Source: an uncultured Gammaproteobacteria bacterium
GTDB lineage: Bacteria > Patescibacteriota > Microgenomatia > PFEM01 > DATLAM01
Length of the DNA: 64,000 nucleotides
Assembly: GCA_964566925.1 (NCBI GenBank)
Contig: CAZMIZ010000004.1
Location: 35,951-99,950, forward strand
Reading direction: 5' to 3'
Part shown: positions 1 to 10,065 of the stretch, one piece after another
Position numbering within the stretch: the first letter of the stretch is position 1
Layout of the letters: the number at the start of each line of letters is the position of its first letter
Made by a program: the position numbers and the translations under genes
The notes under the pieces: generated by a model
Database searches by the model: none
Told to the model about the DNA's origin: nothing
The model's input: only the letters and a program-made list of their open reading frames with translations

Positions 1-951
1 CAGGGTTATACCCGCTGAAATCATCCCAACCAGAAAAAAGGCTTGAAAAAAGATGTTTTTATATTTTCTGCCGTTCTCATGTCTTTCTGCTACCAATGGA
101 AACATCGCCATTGTAATGGCACCGGAGGCAAAGAAAATGATCTTCCCTAAAACACCAAGGGCAGAATAAAGACCTGCTTGATAAGGTTCCAAAAAATGCT
201 TTATCAAAATAATGTCACTCGTGTAGAGGCTGGTAAGACTAAGGACAACTATAAAGGCAGGGCCAGCATAATTAATTGTCTCCCGCCAGTTAACATTAAG
301 AGTCTTAGCTCTATGTTGAAAGAGAAACCTCAAAGGAAGAAATGAGACCAGGTAGGTTAAATAATCGGCAATGACAAAAGCCAAGACCGCCCCTAAAACA
401 GAAAAGCCAGCCTTGACCAAAAAAAGGGCGATTATCAATTTAGAAACAGCGGCCAACATGTTATTGGCTGAAAGAAATTTAAAGTTCAAAAAACCCTGTA
501 TCAACCCATTATTAATCGGCACCAAAAATCTGATTAAAAAGGTGCTGGCTACAAGGACAATCGCTTGATAGTTAGAAATATTTAAGAATTCAGCCACTGA
601 GCGATGGCCTAAAATAAAAAGAAGGAAAATACTCGCTCCTAAGAGTAAAGAATAGCGACTGAAACCTCGGAAAAGGGAATAGATGCGAGGATAATCTTTC
701 TTGGCCTTAAAAATCGAAGTAAACCGAACCACGACCGTATTAAGAGAAAGAGAAATAACCATACTGAAATAAGCCAAGGACATCAGAGAAACTAAAACAC
801 CATAATCAGCTGGACCCAACATCCGCCCCATGAAAAGGTGATATAAATAGTTGCTCAGGTTGACGGCAGTTGTCCCGACAAACAAGACTAGACTGCCGCT
901 AATAAGCTTGTTTTGAAGGAGTTTAAAAAAATGGTTTTTAATCAATTTCAT
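1..951 (-). CDS. Wzx/MOP-type oligosaccharide flippase (3' end runs off the window)
   Basis: Not in the ORF track. Hand translation from ATG 951 gives MKLIKNHFFKLLQNKLISGSLVLFVGTTAVNLSNYLYHLFMGRMLGPADYGVL; RxLGPxxYG after a TM helix is typical of Polysacc_synt flippases. Confidence 0.8.
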   Translation of the reverse strand, partial: MKLIKNHFFKLLQNKLISGSLVLFVGTTAVNLSNYLYHLFMGRMLGPADYGVLVSLMSLAYFSMVISLSLNTVVVRFTSIFKAKKDYPRIYSLFRGFSRYSLLLGASIFLLFILGHRSVAEFLNISNYQAIVLVASTFLIRFLVPINNGLIQGFLNFKFLSANNMLAAVSKLIIALFLVKAGFSVLGAVLAFVIADYLTYLVSFLPLRFLFQHRAKTLNVNWRETINYAGPAFIVVLSLTSLYTSDIILIKHFLEPYQAGLYSALGVLGKIIFFASGAITMAMFPLVAERHENGRKYKNIFFQAFFLVGMISAGITL

Positions 952-969
952 TGGGTAAAATTTCGGCTA

Positions 970-2109
970 TTAAGCAATAAAGAAACCCCGAGTGAAAAGA
1001 GCGACCGAGATAATCAGCAGACCCCCGGCGATGAGCGGATAAACCGTCTTCAGCCAGCGGTATTTTTCTGACCAAAGACTAAGAAGAATGAAGCCAGGAA
1101 AGCAAACCAAGACATAACGAGGCAATGAAGAAAGTGTCCCGGTTAAAGTGGGCGTTAGATAGGCAAGAATCATAAAAGTGAAATAGGAGAGCCTTAAACG
1201 GAGATAAGCGAAAATTGAAAGAAATAAAAATAGGAGGCCAGTTAAAAATTCTAAAATAACGGTGAAATAAGTCGGAGTCATTTTCTCAACCGTCACCAAC
1301 ATCTTCAGATAGCGCCAAAAAACCTGATATAGAAGAATAATCTTGCCCCCAGTCCGCTGAGCTCCGAAAAACGGCTGAACATGAATGAAATAAAGAGGAT
1401 CACTCACCGTCTGTCTCAAGTACCCCATATAGATTAAAAGCCCCAAGCCAATCAAAAATAGAGGCAAAAGACTGGTTAATTTTTTCTTTTTCAATTTTTC
1501 GTTCTGCTGAAACCACTCGACCAGAAGAGCCGGAAATAAAAAAATGCCGATAAATCTGGTTGCGCTGGCCATCGCCCCTAAAACACCAGCCATACCCCAC
1601 TGACCTTTCCGAGCGGCATAAAAAGCGCCCAAAACCAGCAATAAAAATAGAGATTCCGTGTAAATACCGCCGAAGAAGAAGGAAGTAGGGAAAATAAGAA
1701 GGTAAAAAAGAACCCTCTTGGCTTGATTCTCCTTAAGATCTAATCTCGCTAGCTTATACAACAAAACCAGGGCAGCTAAAAAACAGAGGTGGGAAATCAA
1801 AAAACCTGAAAGGAGATAGTTTTTTACAAAAATCGCCAAAGAGCGCATCAGGTAGGGATAAAAAGGAAAAAAGGCCTGTTGAAACTGATAGTAGCCCCTC
1901 TCGGCGATGGTTAGATAATGAACGCCATCAAAATTTGCCCAAGACCAGAGGAAAGGATTTTTCAAATAGGCCCCCCTTCCTCCTCCTAGAAATCCCTCAC
2001 GCAAAGGGAAAAACTTGCTTCCCATCAAAGCAATCAAAATCAAAGCCACCCGCCAAATAATAAAGGCGGTTCCTATCCACTGGAGTAAAGCTTTAGTTTT
2101 CTTGGTCAT
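970..2109 (-). CDS. PIG-V/GT76-like membrane mannosyltransferase (GT-C)
   Basis: WANFDGVHYLTIAERGY..AFFPFYP, FPTSFFF..IYTESLFL and SLPRY motifs; many TM segments. Confidence 0.8.
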   Translation of the reverse strand: MTKKTKALLQWIGTAFIIWRVALILIALMGSKFFPLREGFLGGGRGAYLKNPFLWSWANFDGVHYLTIAERGYYQFQQAFFPFYPYLMRSLAIFVKNYLLSGFLISHLCFLAALVLLYKLARLDLKENQAKRVLFYLLIFPTSFFFGGIYTESLFLLLVLGAFYAARKGQWGMAGVLGAMASATRFIGIFLFPALLVEWFQQNEKLKKKKLTSLLPLFLIGLGLLIYMGYLRQTVSDPLYFIHVQPFFGAQRTGGKIILLYQVFWRYLKMLVTVEKMTPTYFTVILEFLTGLLFLFLSIFAYLRLRLSYFTFMILAYLTPTLTGTLSSLPRYVLVCFPGFILLSLWSEKYRWLKTVYPLIAGGLLIISVALFTRGFFIA

Positions 2110-3151
2110 AAACTTTTTGGTAAACCTTAACTGTCTCTCGAGCGGTTTTCTCCCAACTAAACTTTTCTACTTGTTTTAACCCTTTCTTAACCAGTTTTTC
2201 TCTCAGTATTTTATCATTAAACACTTTTTTAATCCCCCGACCAATCTCTCTTCTCCGGTGGGGATTAACCATGACCGCGGCTCCCCCACAGATTTCTGGC
2301 AAGCTTGAAGTCTCGGCCGCAACTACCGGCGTTCCGCAAGCCATGGCCTCCAAAACTGGCAAACCAAAGCCTTCATAAAAAGAGGGTTGACAATAAACGG
2401 TGGCCAAATTATAGAGGGCCACTAAATCTTTTATTGGCACAAAGCCAATCCGGATAACATCAGGGTCCTTTCCATACAATTTAATTAATTGAACTAAAGG
2501 CTGATCTTCAATATGAGAAGAGTTAAAATTTTCCTGAGCGGCGGGTTTGCTAACAATGACAATTTTAATTTTCGCTTGTTTAGACGCCTCCACTAAACCT
2601 AAAACATTTTTATTATAATTAATATCGCCAACATAAAGAACAAACTTTTCTGGCAAGCTATATTTTTTCTTTAATCTTAATAATAACTTTCCCGACTTGA
2701 TTGGTTTAAACTCCTCTCCAGGCGCCAGATGAATAACCTTAATTCCTTTTTTAGGAAAACCGATAAATCGAACAATATCTTCTTTTGAATTTTGAGAATC
2801 AGTAATAATCGCCTTGGCTCCCTTTAAAGAATGCTTCTGGATCTGATATTTGGCGCTCCCCCGTAAGCCCTTAGGAAATTTATCAGGAAAAACCAGAGGA
2901 GTTAAATCATGAACGGTTACCACCGTCGGCCTAGACTTTTTTAAAGGTAAAGTCAACCAGAATAAGTCAAAGTAGGGATAGTGGATCAGATCAAATTGAT
3001 GATTGATGATTGATGATTGATGATTGATAAGAAAATACTCGTTTTTCTGATCATGTTTTTTTAATGATTCAACCAAGCACTTGGTATAAACTCCCACGCC
3101 CCGAAATTGATGGGAAGACTTTAGTGGAGAAATATCAATTGCCACTTTCAT
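2093..3151 (-). CDS. GT4 glycosyltransferase (MtfA/WbpY-like)
   Basis: TVHDL, PSFYEGFGLPVLEAMACGTPVV and FSWEKTA motifs. Confidence 0.9.
   Translation of the reverse strand: MKVAIDISPLKSSHQFRGVGVYTKCLVESLKKHDQKNEYFLINHQSSIINHQFDLIHYPYFDLFWLTLPLKKSRPTVVTVHDLTPLVFPDKFPKGLRGSAKYQIQKHSLKGAKAIITDSQNSKEDIVRFIGFPKKGIKVIHLAPGEEFKPIKSGKLLLRLKKKYSLPEKFVLYVGDINYNKNVLGLVEASKQAKIKIVIVSKPAAQENFNSSHIEDQPLVQLIKLYGKDPDVIRIGFVPIKDLVALYNLATVYCQPSFYEGFGLPVLEAMACGTPVVAAETSSLPEICGGAAVMVNPHRRREIGRGIKKVFNDKILREKLVKKGLKQVEKFSWEKTARETVKVYQKVYDQEN
2997..3030. repeat. Perfect heptamer tandem repeat (TGATGAT)x4 plus a partial unit, inside the GT4 gene
   Basis: tgatgat tgatgat tgatgat tgatgat tgataa; encodes LINHQSSIINHQ. 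Confidence 0.95.
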
Positions 3152-3165
3152 TTTTCTTACCTAGC

Positions 3166-4653
3166 TTAAGGCTTTTCCTCGTACCACCATTTAACATAAC
3201 GGTCAGAGACATTTCTGGGTGTTTCTTGTTTCCAGTCATTAGCTAAAATCCCTGACTCTGAAGCCCGGGAAAAATCCATTAAAGAGTCGATCAAATGAAG
3301 GTCTTTTTTCTCTTTATCAATAAAAGGTAACTGGCAATCACCATCATCCAGACCTATTTTAAACCCATCATCGCTGTGGGCCTTCTTCAGAGAAAGCATC
3401 AATAAATAAGAATTTCTATTAAAAGCAGTGCCGCTGATTTCATTGCAATAATAGAAACTAAACTTTTCTCTTCCGGTTATCTCTTTCATGGTTTCTACCT
3501 CCTCATCGATTCTCTTGGTTAAATCATCCTCTTTCCAGGCACCACTTCTTAAAGAATTATTTATCAAACCAAACCATAAAACAGCCATTAAGAGAAAAAC
3601 TAGATAGAAATGTTGTTTTTTAACTTTTCGAATTAAGAGATCATAAAAAAACAAACCGGTAAAAATAAAAATATAGGGAGAAAAAAATTGGAGCCAACCT
3701 AAATATCTTTCGCCTCGCCAATAACGGACAACAATCACCTGGATAAGAAAACTGATGATTAACAGAAAGAGGGGTAAAGAAAGTTTTTTTCTTATCAGTC
3801 GGAGTAATAAAACCGCTCCCCCGCCAAACATTAAAAATAATCCCAGCCATAATGGGCCACCGGTAAGCCCTACCCAAGTCTGGGGGAAAAATTCAAAAAC
3901 AAACTTCAGCCAGCGCATACTCGTCCAGAATTGATATTGACGATGGAGGATAAAATCAAAAATTCCCCTGGTGTTAAACCAGTGATTGTTTAATTCAAAA
4001 AAGAGCATGGGCAAAGCCGCCAGAAAAAGGCCTAAAAGAGAAGCTAAAAAGAGACGAAGTCTTTTCTTGCCCAGGAAAAGCAACAAAAAAATCAAAGTTA
4101 AAAGCCCCGCTCCTTGATAATGAGTCAAAAGAGTAAAGCCAACTAGCCAACCTAACAAAGTCCCCCAAGGCCAATTTCTTTTTGGGCTAGAAACTTCAAG
4201 AAAAACTAACAAACAGAGAGAGCTGAGAAAGGCAATTAGAGAAGGGTTCGTCAGTAAGGCGCTGGTGATTATTAAGTTTGGCGAGAAGGTAGCCAAAACA
4301 GCTAAAATTAAACCTAATCTTTGGTCTTCTAAAAGAACGCCGATTCGATACATAATCAAAATAAGACTCAGAGAGGCTAAACCTAAGGCTATCCAGGGCG
4401 CCAACAAGGAGGGAATCAAAAATTTTAAAAAAATCAGAAAATACCAATACCAAGGTCCGATCGTTAAAGGAGCAATCGAGGCCCAAGGGCCAACTAAGGG
4501 CAGTTGTTTCTCTCTCCAACCGACATCGCTAACAAAATAATCCCGAGCGCTCTCCCAGCCCAAACTAATCCGACTTTCATAATTATGGAACCTAAGAAAA
4601 GCGCCAATGATTAAAAGAAGGCCAAGAATAAGCCAGCTTTTTTTAATTTTCAT
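3166..4653 (-). CDS. PMT_2/ArnT-like GT-C glycosyltransferase
   Basis: FLRF..LGWESARD..LPLVGP..GPWYWYF N-terminal loop; multi-TM. Confidence 0.75.
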   Translation of the reverse strand: MKIKKSWLILGLLLIIGAFLRFHNYESRISLGWESARDYFVSDVGWREKQLPLVGPWASIAPLTIGPWYWYFLIFLKFLIPSLLAPWIALGLASLSLILIMYRIGVLLEDQRLGLILAVLATFSPNLIITSALLTNPSLIAFLSSLCLLVFLEVSSPKRNWPWGTLLGWLVGFTLLTHYQGAGLLTLIFLLLFLGKKRLRLFLASLLGLFLAALPMLFFELNNHWFNTRGIFDFILHRQYQFWTSMRWLKFVFEFFPQTWVGLTGGPLWLGLFLMFGGGAVLLLRLIRKKLSLPLFLLIISFLIQVIVVRYWRGERYLGWLQFFSPYIFIFTGLFFYDLLIRKVKKQHFYLVFLLMAVLWFGLINNSLRSGAWKEDDLTKRIDEEVETMKEITGREKFSFYYCNEISGTAFNRNSYLLMLSLKKAHSDDGFKIGLDDGDCQLPFIDKEKKDLHLIDSLMDFSRASESGILANDWKQETPRNVSDRYVKWWYEEKP

Positions 4654-5515
4654 TCTGTTTTCCCCAATATTTAATGTAAGCCACTGTAAATCTTAAACCT
4701 GAAAACAAAGAAAAAACAAATCCCGGGAAGCCATCCATAAAACCTTTGTGGCGAAAGTAAGTCAAAAAAAACCAATGAAGCGGCTTGGCCAATAGATAAT
4801 CAAAACCGTTGATCAGTCCGATGTCAACCTTTTTCTCTTCCATTTCATTGACCATAAGATCGGTGTAGCGGTTAAACCTCAGACGATAACGGCTAAAATT
4901 AGGGTCAGCTAAATGAAGAAGGGCGTTTTGCAACCAACCTACTCTGCCATTAATCTTAATTTGTTCATGAACACTCTGGCACGGGAAACGAGCCTTTGAA
5001 TTTTTGACCAAACGGATCACTCCATCAGGGTAAACGCCACCATGGCGAAGATACCTGCCAAGAAAATAATTTAAGCGGGGGAGAAAAAAACCAACATACT
5101 CCCCCCTTTCTTGCCCAATCTTACCATCTCTTTTCTCAACAATCTCTTGATGCTTTAGAAACAACCGTCTTTGGGGCAATGTTTTTTGATATTCTTCGAT
5201 TTTGTCATCGTTCATCGAAAAAATCTTGAGAATCTCTTCAGCCAGTTTCGAGGTAACTCTCTCATCGGCATCCAGTTGCAAAATCCACTCTCCTTTGCAA
5301 GCATCAACCGCCATCTGTTTGTTGATATGAAAAATAGGCTTATTAGTAGTTTTAATGACCCTGGCCCCGTGTTTTCTGGCTATCTCTCTAGTTTTGTCTT
5401 GCGAGCTCCCATCAACAACAATCATCTCATCCGCCAGCTGGTGAACTGACTCCAAGCAAGGACCAATGTTTTCTTCCTCATTAAAAGTAGCGATGGCCAC
5501 CGAAATTTTTTTCAT
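4643..5515 (-). CDS. GT2 glycosyltransferase (beta-1,4-glucosyltransferase/WaaE-like)
   Basis: TFNEEENI, DGSSQDKT, LDADE, VHE and GFMDGFPG motifs; start moved to ATG 5515. Confidence 0.85.
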   Translation of the reverse strand: MKKISVAIATFNEEENIGPCLESVHQLADEMIVVDGSSQDKTREIARKHGARVIKTTNKPIFHINKQMAVDACKGEWILQLDADERVTSKLAEEILKIFSMNDDKIEEYQKTLPQRRLFLKHQEIVEKRDGKIGQERGEYVGFFLPRLNYFLGRYLRHGGVYPDGVIRLVKNSKARFPCQSVHEQIKINGRVGWLQNALLHLADPNFSRYRLRFNRYTDLMVNEMEEKKVDIGLINGFDYLLAKPLHWFFLTYFRHKGFMDGFPGFVFSLFSGLRFTVAYIKYWGKQNEN

Positions 5516-5526
5516 TTTACCACCCA

Positions 5527-5535
5527 ATTATAACA
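5527..5535 (-). promoter_or_regulatory. Extended -10 promoter (TGtTATAAT)
   Basis: Minus strand tgtTATAAT, 11 nt upstream of ATG 5515. Confidence 0.6.
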
Positions 5536-5589
5536 CTCATCATCTTGGTAATGTTCTTATATTTGATAAATGAAGCGGTTGTAATAATT

Positions 5590-6849
5590 TCATTTCCTAG
5601 TATAGATATAGTAAAGATAAGATTGGGTCATTGATTCGCTGAATTTAACCTTTTCACCTCTATTAATTTTCTCTATCACTACTTGCCTATCCTTTATCAA
5701 GCCGCCTCTAGGGGAATCGGTCACCGATGTTAAAACGTTCCTGTAGGCCCAAAAAAGCCAAAATAGGATTATCAATATTGCAAGAGGCTTAACCCCTGAA
5801 CGCAAGATCCAAATTGCTAGCCAAGAAACTATATAAATTGCCAGAGGCATCGTAGGAAGGAAATAATAATCTGATAAGGGGCCGCTATAGAGGGTAAAAC
5901 CAACTAAAGTCACCCAAAACCAAAGAAAGAAAACTATCCCAACAAACCGACTGTTCTTGTTCTGAGGGAAGACGATAAATACAATCCCAAAAATTATTGG
6001 CAAAATATACTTTAAAAATTTTAAACTTTCGAAAAAAAGAGCAGAGTCAAACATTATTAAAGCGTCATTCAAACGATAGATCATAAACCGAAAATGAAAT
6101 CCATGATAATAGTATTTTAAGAATTCTTGAAACTTATAATAATCACTTAGCCCGTGTTGAAGCTCATGAATAATATTAGGGATAAAAAATAAACTAAAGG
6201 CCAATATCGATCCCGCCATCCAAGGAAATGCTTGCTTTTTATTCCTTATAAAAAACAAAGAGAGAACCACAATCGGAGGAATAAAAACGGCAGTAAAATG
6301 TAAATGAAAGAAAAATCCCGCCAATAAACCTAAGGGAATAAACCACCTATTATTGCCTTCGTATATTTTGAAAAGGCTGTAAAAAATCCAAACAGAGGCC
6401 ATCATCACTAAAGAAACATTCCAGGGAACCCGATCCATCGAGATAAGATATCGACAAAAAGCGTAAATAAAAGTTGAGAGATAGGCAACTTTTATTCCGA
6501 AGACTTCACGAGCCACCCAGAAAATTGAAATAATTGTTAATAAGCTGGCAAAAATTGAAAAATAACTTGAGGCAATGGGATCAAGGTTTGTCAAAAGATA
6601 AAAAGGGGCCAAAAGATAATAAAAGACAGGGCCGAGATGAAAATGACCAATTCCGGTTCTGGGCCCAATCAAAGGAAGTTTTTTATCAACAAGCATCTCC
6701 TTCATTGCCCAAGCATCCCTCGCTTGATCCCAGCCAAAGGGAGTTACCTTCTCGATGTTGTAAAATCTTAAAAAAAGACCTGCGGCAATCAAGAGGATAA
6801 TCGAAAAGGCTTTAAATTTTTCTAACAATTTTAATTGCTTCTTCGCCAT
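5590..6849 (-). CDS. PMT_2/ArnT-like GT-C glycosyltransferase
   Basis: FLRFYNI..FGWDQARD..LPLIGP..LGPVFYYLLAP; start taken at MAKKQ (6849) to avoid a long overlap. Confidence 0.8.
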   Translation of the reverse strand: MAKKQLKLLEKFKAFSIILLIAAGLFLRFYNIEKVTPFGWDQARDAWAMKEMLVDKKLPLIGPRTGIGHFHLGPVFYYLLAPFYLLTNLDPIASSYFSIFASLLTIISIFWVAREVFGIKVAYLSTFIYAFCRYLISMDRVPWNVSLVMMASVWIFYSLFKIYEGNNRWFIPLGLLAGFFFHLHFTAVFIPPIVVLSLFFIRNKKQAFPWMAGSILAFSLFFIPNIIHELQHGLSDYYKFQEFLKYYYHGFHFRFMIYRLNDALIMFDSALFFESLKFLKYILPIIFGIVFIVFPQNKNSRFVGIVFFLWFWVTLVGFTLYSGPLSDYYFLPTMPLAIYIVSWLAIWILRSGVKPLAILIILFWLFWAYRNVLTSVTDSPRGGLIKDRQVVIEKINRGEKVKFSESMTQSYLYYIYTRK

Positions 6850-8434
6850 TGAGATAATAAATAGTTTTAATGGTCCTAATCCCTTTGGGAAATTCTTCAG
6901 GTAAACCAACAAAAAGAACATTCTCCTCTTCTCTATCCTTTTGCCAATCAATAGGCCGGAATTCGTAGCGGTCAAATTTGTTTCCTTCTTCGGCAAAGCC
7001 CCCGGAAGTCGTTCCTCCCTCAGCCAGATATAGGGCGGGATCATATTGTAAATAGTAAAGCCAAAACATGTGAGGTTGTTCCAGGCTAGTGGAAACAACC
7101 ACTTTTTTATAGCTATCTTTTAAATTTTCGGCTACTTCAACCGCCTTTTTACGCCCGTATTGCCAATCAAAAGACCAATCAAGAGGCATGTGAACATAAT
7201 ATTGATGGAGATAATAGAAAAAGTTGGCCGCCAATAAACAAGAAACAATTAATAGCAAGATTCTCTTGGTTAAAGTGGTCTTCTTTTTAACCAGTTGAAT
7301 AAATTGATAAAACCCATAAGCAGAAAGGAGGTGCATGGGAATCACCATATTTAACGTCCGAACCGCATGAGGCAACTCGGTGGTGGGCGCCGCGGGTACC
7401 GGGGCCAGGAGCAACCAGAGAAAAATTACCTGATAAAATTTCGGCTTCTTCTTGATCAAAAAATAGACGCCGGCCAAAACAAACGGCAATTCCCAAAGAT
7501 ATAAAAGGCCAACATTCGGGGCGTGATGACGATTAAGATCGCTCTTCAGGAATAACCAATTAAGATTGAAATGATAAGAATAACCCTGAAGAAGGATCTT
7601 AGTAAAAACTAGCCGGCGATTATGAAACAATCTTCCTAAAAGGTAGTCTCCCCTTTCTTGATCCTCCTGGATTTTTTCAATTGATCGGTAAAGAATGGCC
7701 GGATCGGAAATCGAACTGACTCCTTTTAGCCTCATTCTGCCTTCCACGGAAGTCATGATACTTATCAACGGAAGAATAATGATTGTTCCTAAGATGGCCG
7801 CCAGAAGACAGTGGCGCCAAAGTTTAATCAATTTCTTTCTAAAGACCACCACCAGGCTCAAGCCTAATAAGGGAACAAAAACCCGAGCGCTGTGATAAGA
7901 ATAAAGGGCGGTGCCAAAAAAGAACATCGCTAGAATTAAAAAATTGCCTTTTTTTAGGCCTTTTAAAAACGCCCAGGTACCAAAAACGGTAAAAGAAAGA
8001 GCAATATTGGTTTCAAAAGCCACCCGAGAAAATTGAAGATGCCAGGGTGAAATCGCTAAAAATAACATCGCCAAAAGAGCCAGCTTTAAATCGCCTAAAA
8101 GCTCTTTAACCAGGAGGAAGAAAACAATGACCGTTAAAGCTCCCAAAAAGGCGGAAGGAAAACGGACTGCCCAGTCGTTAAGGCCAAAAAGAGCCACACT
8201 AGGAATAGTCAGGTAAATATAAACCGGCGGTTTGTAATCATCAAACGAGCGAAAAGTTAAAGGAAAGCGGGTACCGTATTCATCTCGGCCGGTTTTTAGA
8301 AGCGAATAGGCATTATAGCCCAGAGCGGCCTCATCCCAATCTAAACTAGGCGGATTATTTCCTAGTTGATAGAAACGCAAACCAAAGGCTAAAATAATAA
8401 TCCCTACTAAGATCAACTTAAAACGTAAATTCAT
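6812..8434 (-). CDS. PMT_2/GT39-like glycosyltransferase
   Basis: LRFYQL..PPSLDWDEAALGYNAYS..DYKPP..AVRFPSA, ISPWH..SR. Confidence 0.85.
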   Translation of the reverse strand: MNLRFKLILVGIIILAFGLRFYQLGNNPPSLDWDEAALGYNAYSLLKTGRDEYGTRFPLTFRSFDDYKPPVYIYLTIPSVALFGLNDWAVRFPSAFLGALTVIVFFLLVKELLGDLKLALLAMLFLAISPWHLQFSRVAFETNIALSFTVFGTWAFLKGLKKGNFLILAMFFFGTALYSYHSARVFVPLLGLSLVVVFRKKLIKLWRHCLLAAILGTIIILPLISIMTSVEGRMRLKGVSSISDPAILYRSIEKIQEDQERGDYLLGRLFHNRRLVFTKILLQGYSYHFNLNWLFLKSDLNRHHAPNVGLLYLWELPFVLAGVYFLIKKKPKFYQVIFLWLLLAPVPAAPTTELPHAVRTLNMVIPMHLLSAYGFYQFIQLVKKKTTLTKRILLLIVSCLLAANFFYYLHQYYVHMPLDWSFDWQYGRKKAVEVAENLKDSYKKVVVSTSLEQPHMFWLYYLQYDPALYLAEGGTTSGGFAEEGNKFDRYEFRPIDWQKDREEENVLFVGLPEEFPKGIRTIKTIYYLNGEEAIKIVRKI

Positions 8435-10065
8435 ATCTCACCACTATCAAAAAGGGTAAACGCCGGTTCGTTATTTAAAAACCGGATGGCTCGCAAAACC
8501 CTGGCCTCTTGAGGCGCTCCCTCTTTGCCAGCCACAAATAAAACTCCTTCTTTTTTTTCTTCTTCCCAGTCAATCTGTCGAAACTCATAGCGATCAAAGC
8601 CAACTACATTGATAAAGCCTGCTGGTTCTTTAATCACCTGATCTTGATACTGCCAAAATTTTTCTGGTGAATATTGCTGATAAAAGAGAAAATAAATATA
8701 GGGCCGGCCCGCACTTTTACTGATTACCACCCGATCGTAGTCTGCTTCAATTTCACCCACCGCCTCAACCATTTCCCGATAACCATACTGCCATTCACTG
8801 GAAAACTCAGTTGGATAGTGGGCATAATAATTGTGAAGGTAATAGAAAAGATTGAGGAAAAGTAAGCCGAAGATAGAAAAGAGCAAACAATTTTTAATAA
8901 GCGACTCTTTTCCCCTCACTCGCTCTAAAAAAACATAAAACCCGTAGGCCGCAATGATCTGCCAGGTAGGCAAGGAGTCAAGAATCCGTAGGGCATGAGG
9001 GGTCTCTCGAGCCGTGGCCGCCGGCAAAGGGGCAACCAAAAACCACCAGAAAATCGGAAAAGCGGCTTTTTCTTTTTTCCGGATCAAGAAATAAATTCCG
9101 GCTAGCAAAAAGGGCAAATCAAACAAATAAAGCTGGCCTACTTCCTGAAGGGAAAATTTAGGATTAACATCACCTGAAAGAAATAAAAACTTCACTTCGA
9201 AATGATGGAAATAATGTTCTAAAAACAAAAGGGCGAAATGAATCCTCCGGTTGTGAATAATCCTTGCCCATAAAGAATTATTATCAGCCGCCAGCCAACG
9301 ATTAGTGGTTTTAATCACCCTCAGATCAGTAAAGATGTTCACTTCCTGAAAGCGCAATTTTCCTTCCGGAGAAACCAGGTGAGGCATTAAGGGTGCCAGT
9401 AAAAAAACGGTTATCAAGCCAGCGAAAACCACCCATCTCCTCATCTGCCACAATCTCTTCCGCTGCCAAAGAAAAAGACCCAAGACTAAAAGGGGCGAAA
9501 AAAGACGCGTACTATTAAAAGTATAGAAAGTAGCCACAAAAGCGATCGCCGCTAAAACTAAAAACCATTTTTGTTTTCTAAGGCTGAGTAAAAACAGCCA
9601 GACTCCCAAGACGACCAAGAAGCTGGCCAAATTTGCTTCCCAGGCAGCTCTGGATAATTGGGTATGCCAGGGGGAGATGGCCAAAAAAAGAGCCGCTATC
9701 TCCGCCAGCCAACTGTTTTTTAATTTAGGAAAAAGTTCTTTAACCAGAAAATAAGTAAGGAAAACGGTCAAAGTGCCAAAAAAAGCTGAGGGAAAGCGAA
9801 CGGCAAATTCATTTAAACCGAAGATTTTGATTGGCAAAACCGCGGCATAAACATAAAGCGGCGGCTTGTAATCACCAAAGGAAGTAAAATAGTCATCAGG
9901 CAAAAATCGGCCAAACTCATCTCTTAAGGTTTCACCAATTGAATAAGCATTATAACCTAAAGCGGTTTCATCCCAGGCTAAAGAAGGTGGATTAACGCCT
10001 AAATGATAAAATCGCAAAACCGTGGCGAGAATCAGGATGATTAGCAAAGGTAAAAACTTCTTCAT
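8431..10065 (-). CDS. PMT_2/GT39-like glycosyltransferase (tandem paralog of 6812-8434)
   Basis: PPSLAWDETALGYNAYS..GDYKPP..AVRFPSA, EWQYG. Confidence 0.85.
   Translation of the reverse strand: MKKFLPLLIILILATVLRFYHLGVNPPSLAWDETALGYNAYSIGETLRDEFGRFLPDDYFTSFGDYKPPLYVYAAVLPIKIFGLNEFAVRFPSAFFGTLTVFLTYFLVKELFPKLKNSWLAEIAALFLAISPWHTQLSRAAWEANLASFLVVLGVWLFLLSLRKQKWFLVLAAIAFVATFYTFNSTRLFSPLLVLGLFLWQRKRLWQMRRWVVFAGLITVFLLAPLMPHLVSPEGKLRFQEVNIFTDLRVIKTTNRWLAADNNSLWARIIHNRRIHFALLFLEHYFHHFEVKFLFLSGDVNPKFSLQEVGQLYLFDLPFLLAGIYFLIRKKEKAAFPIFWWFLVAPLPAATARETPHALRILDSLPTWQIIAAYGFYVFLERVRGKESLIKNCLLFSIFGLLFLNLFYYLHNYYAHYPTEFSSEWQYGYREMVEAVGEIEADYDRVVISKSAGRPYIYFLFYQQYSPEKFWQYQDQVIKEPAGFINVVGFDRYEFRQIDWEEEKKEGVLFVAGKEGAPQEARVLRAIRFLNNEPAFTLFDSGEI

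Noticed and set aside
371-568. + strand 65-aa ORF and the many other short antisense or alternate-frame ORFs
   Set aside because: They are shadows of longer motif-bearing genes; this one lies antisense to the flippase at 1-951.
6850-7098. N-terminal ORF extensions (also 19202-19228, 33426-33503, 39291-39410)
   Set aside because: They overlap upstream genes; downstream ATGs give typical short overlaps and family-like N-termini.
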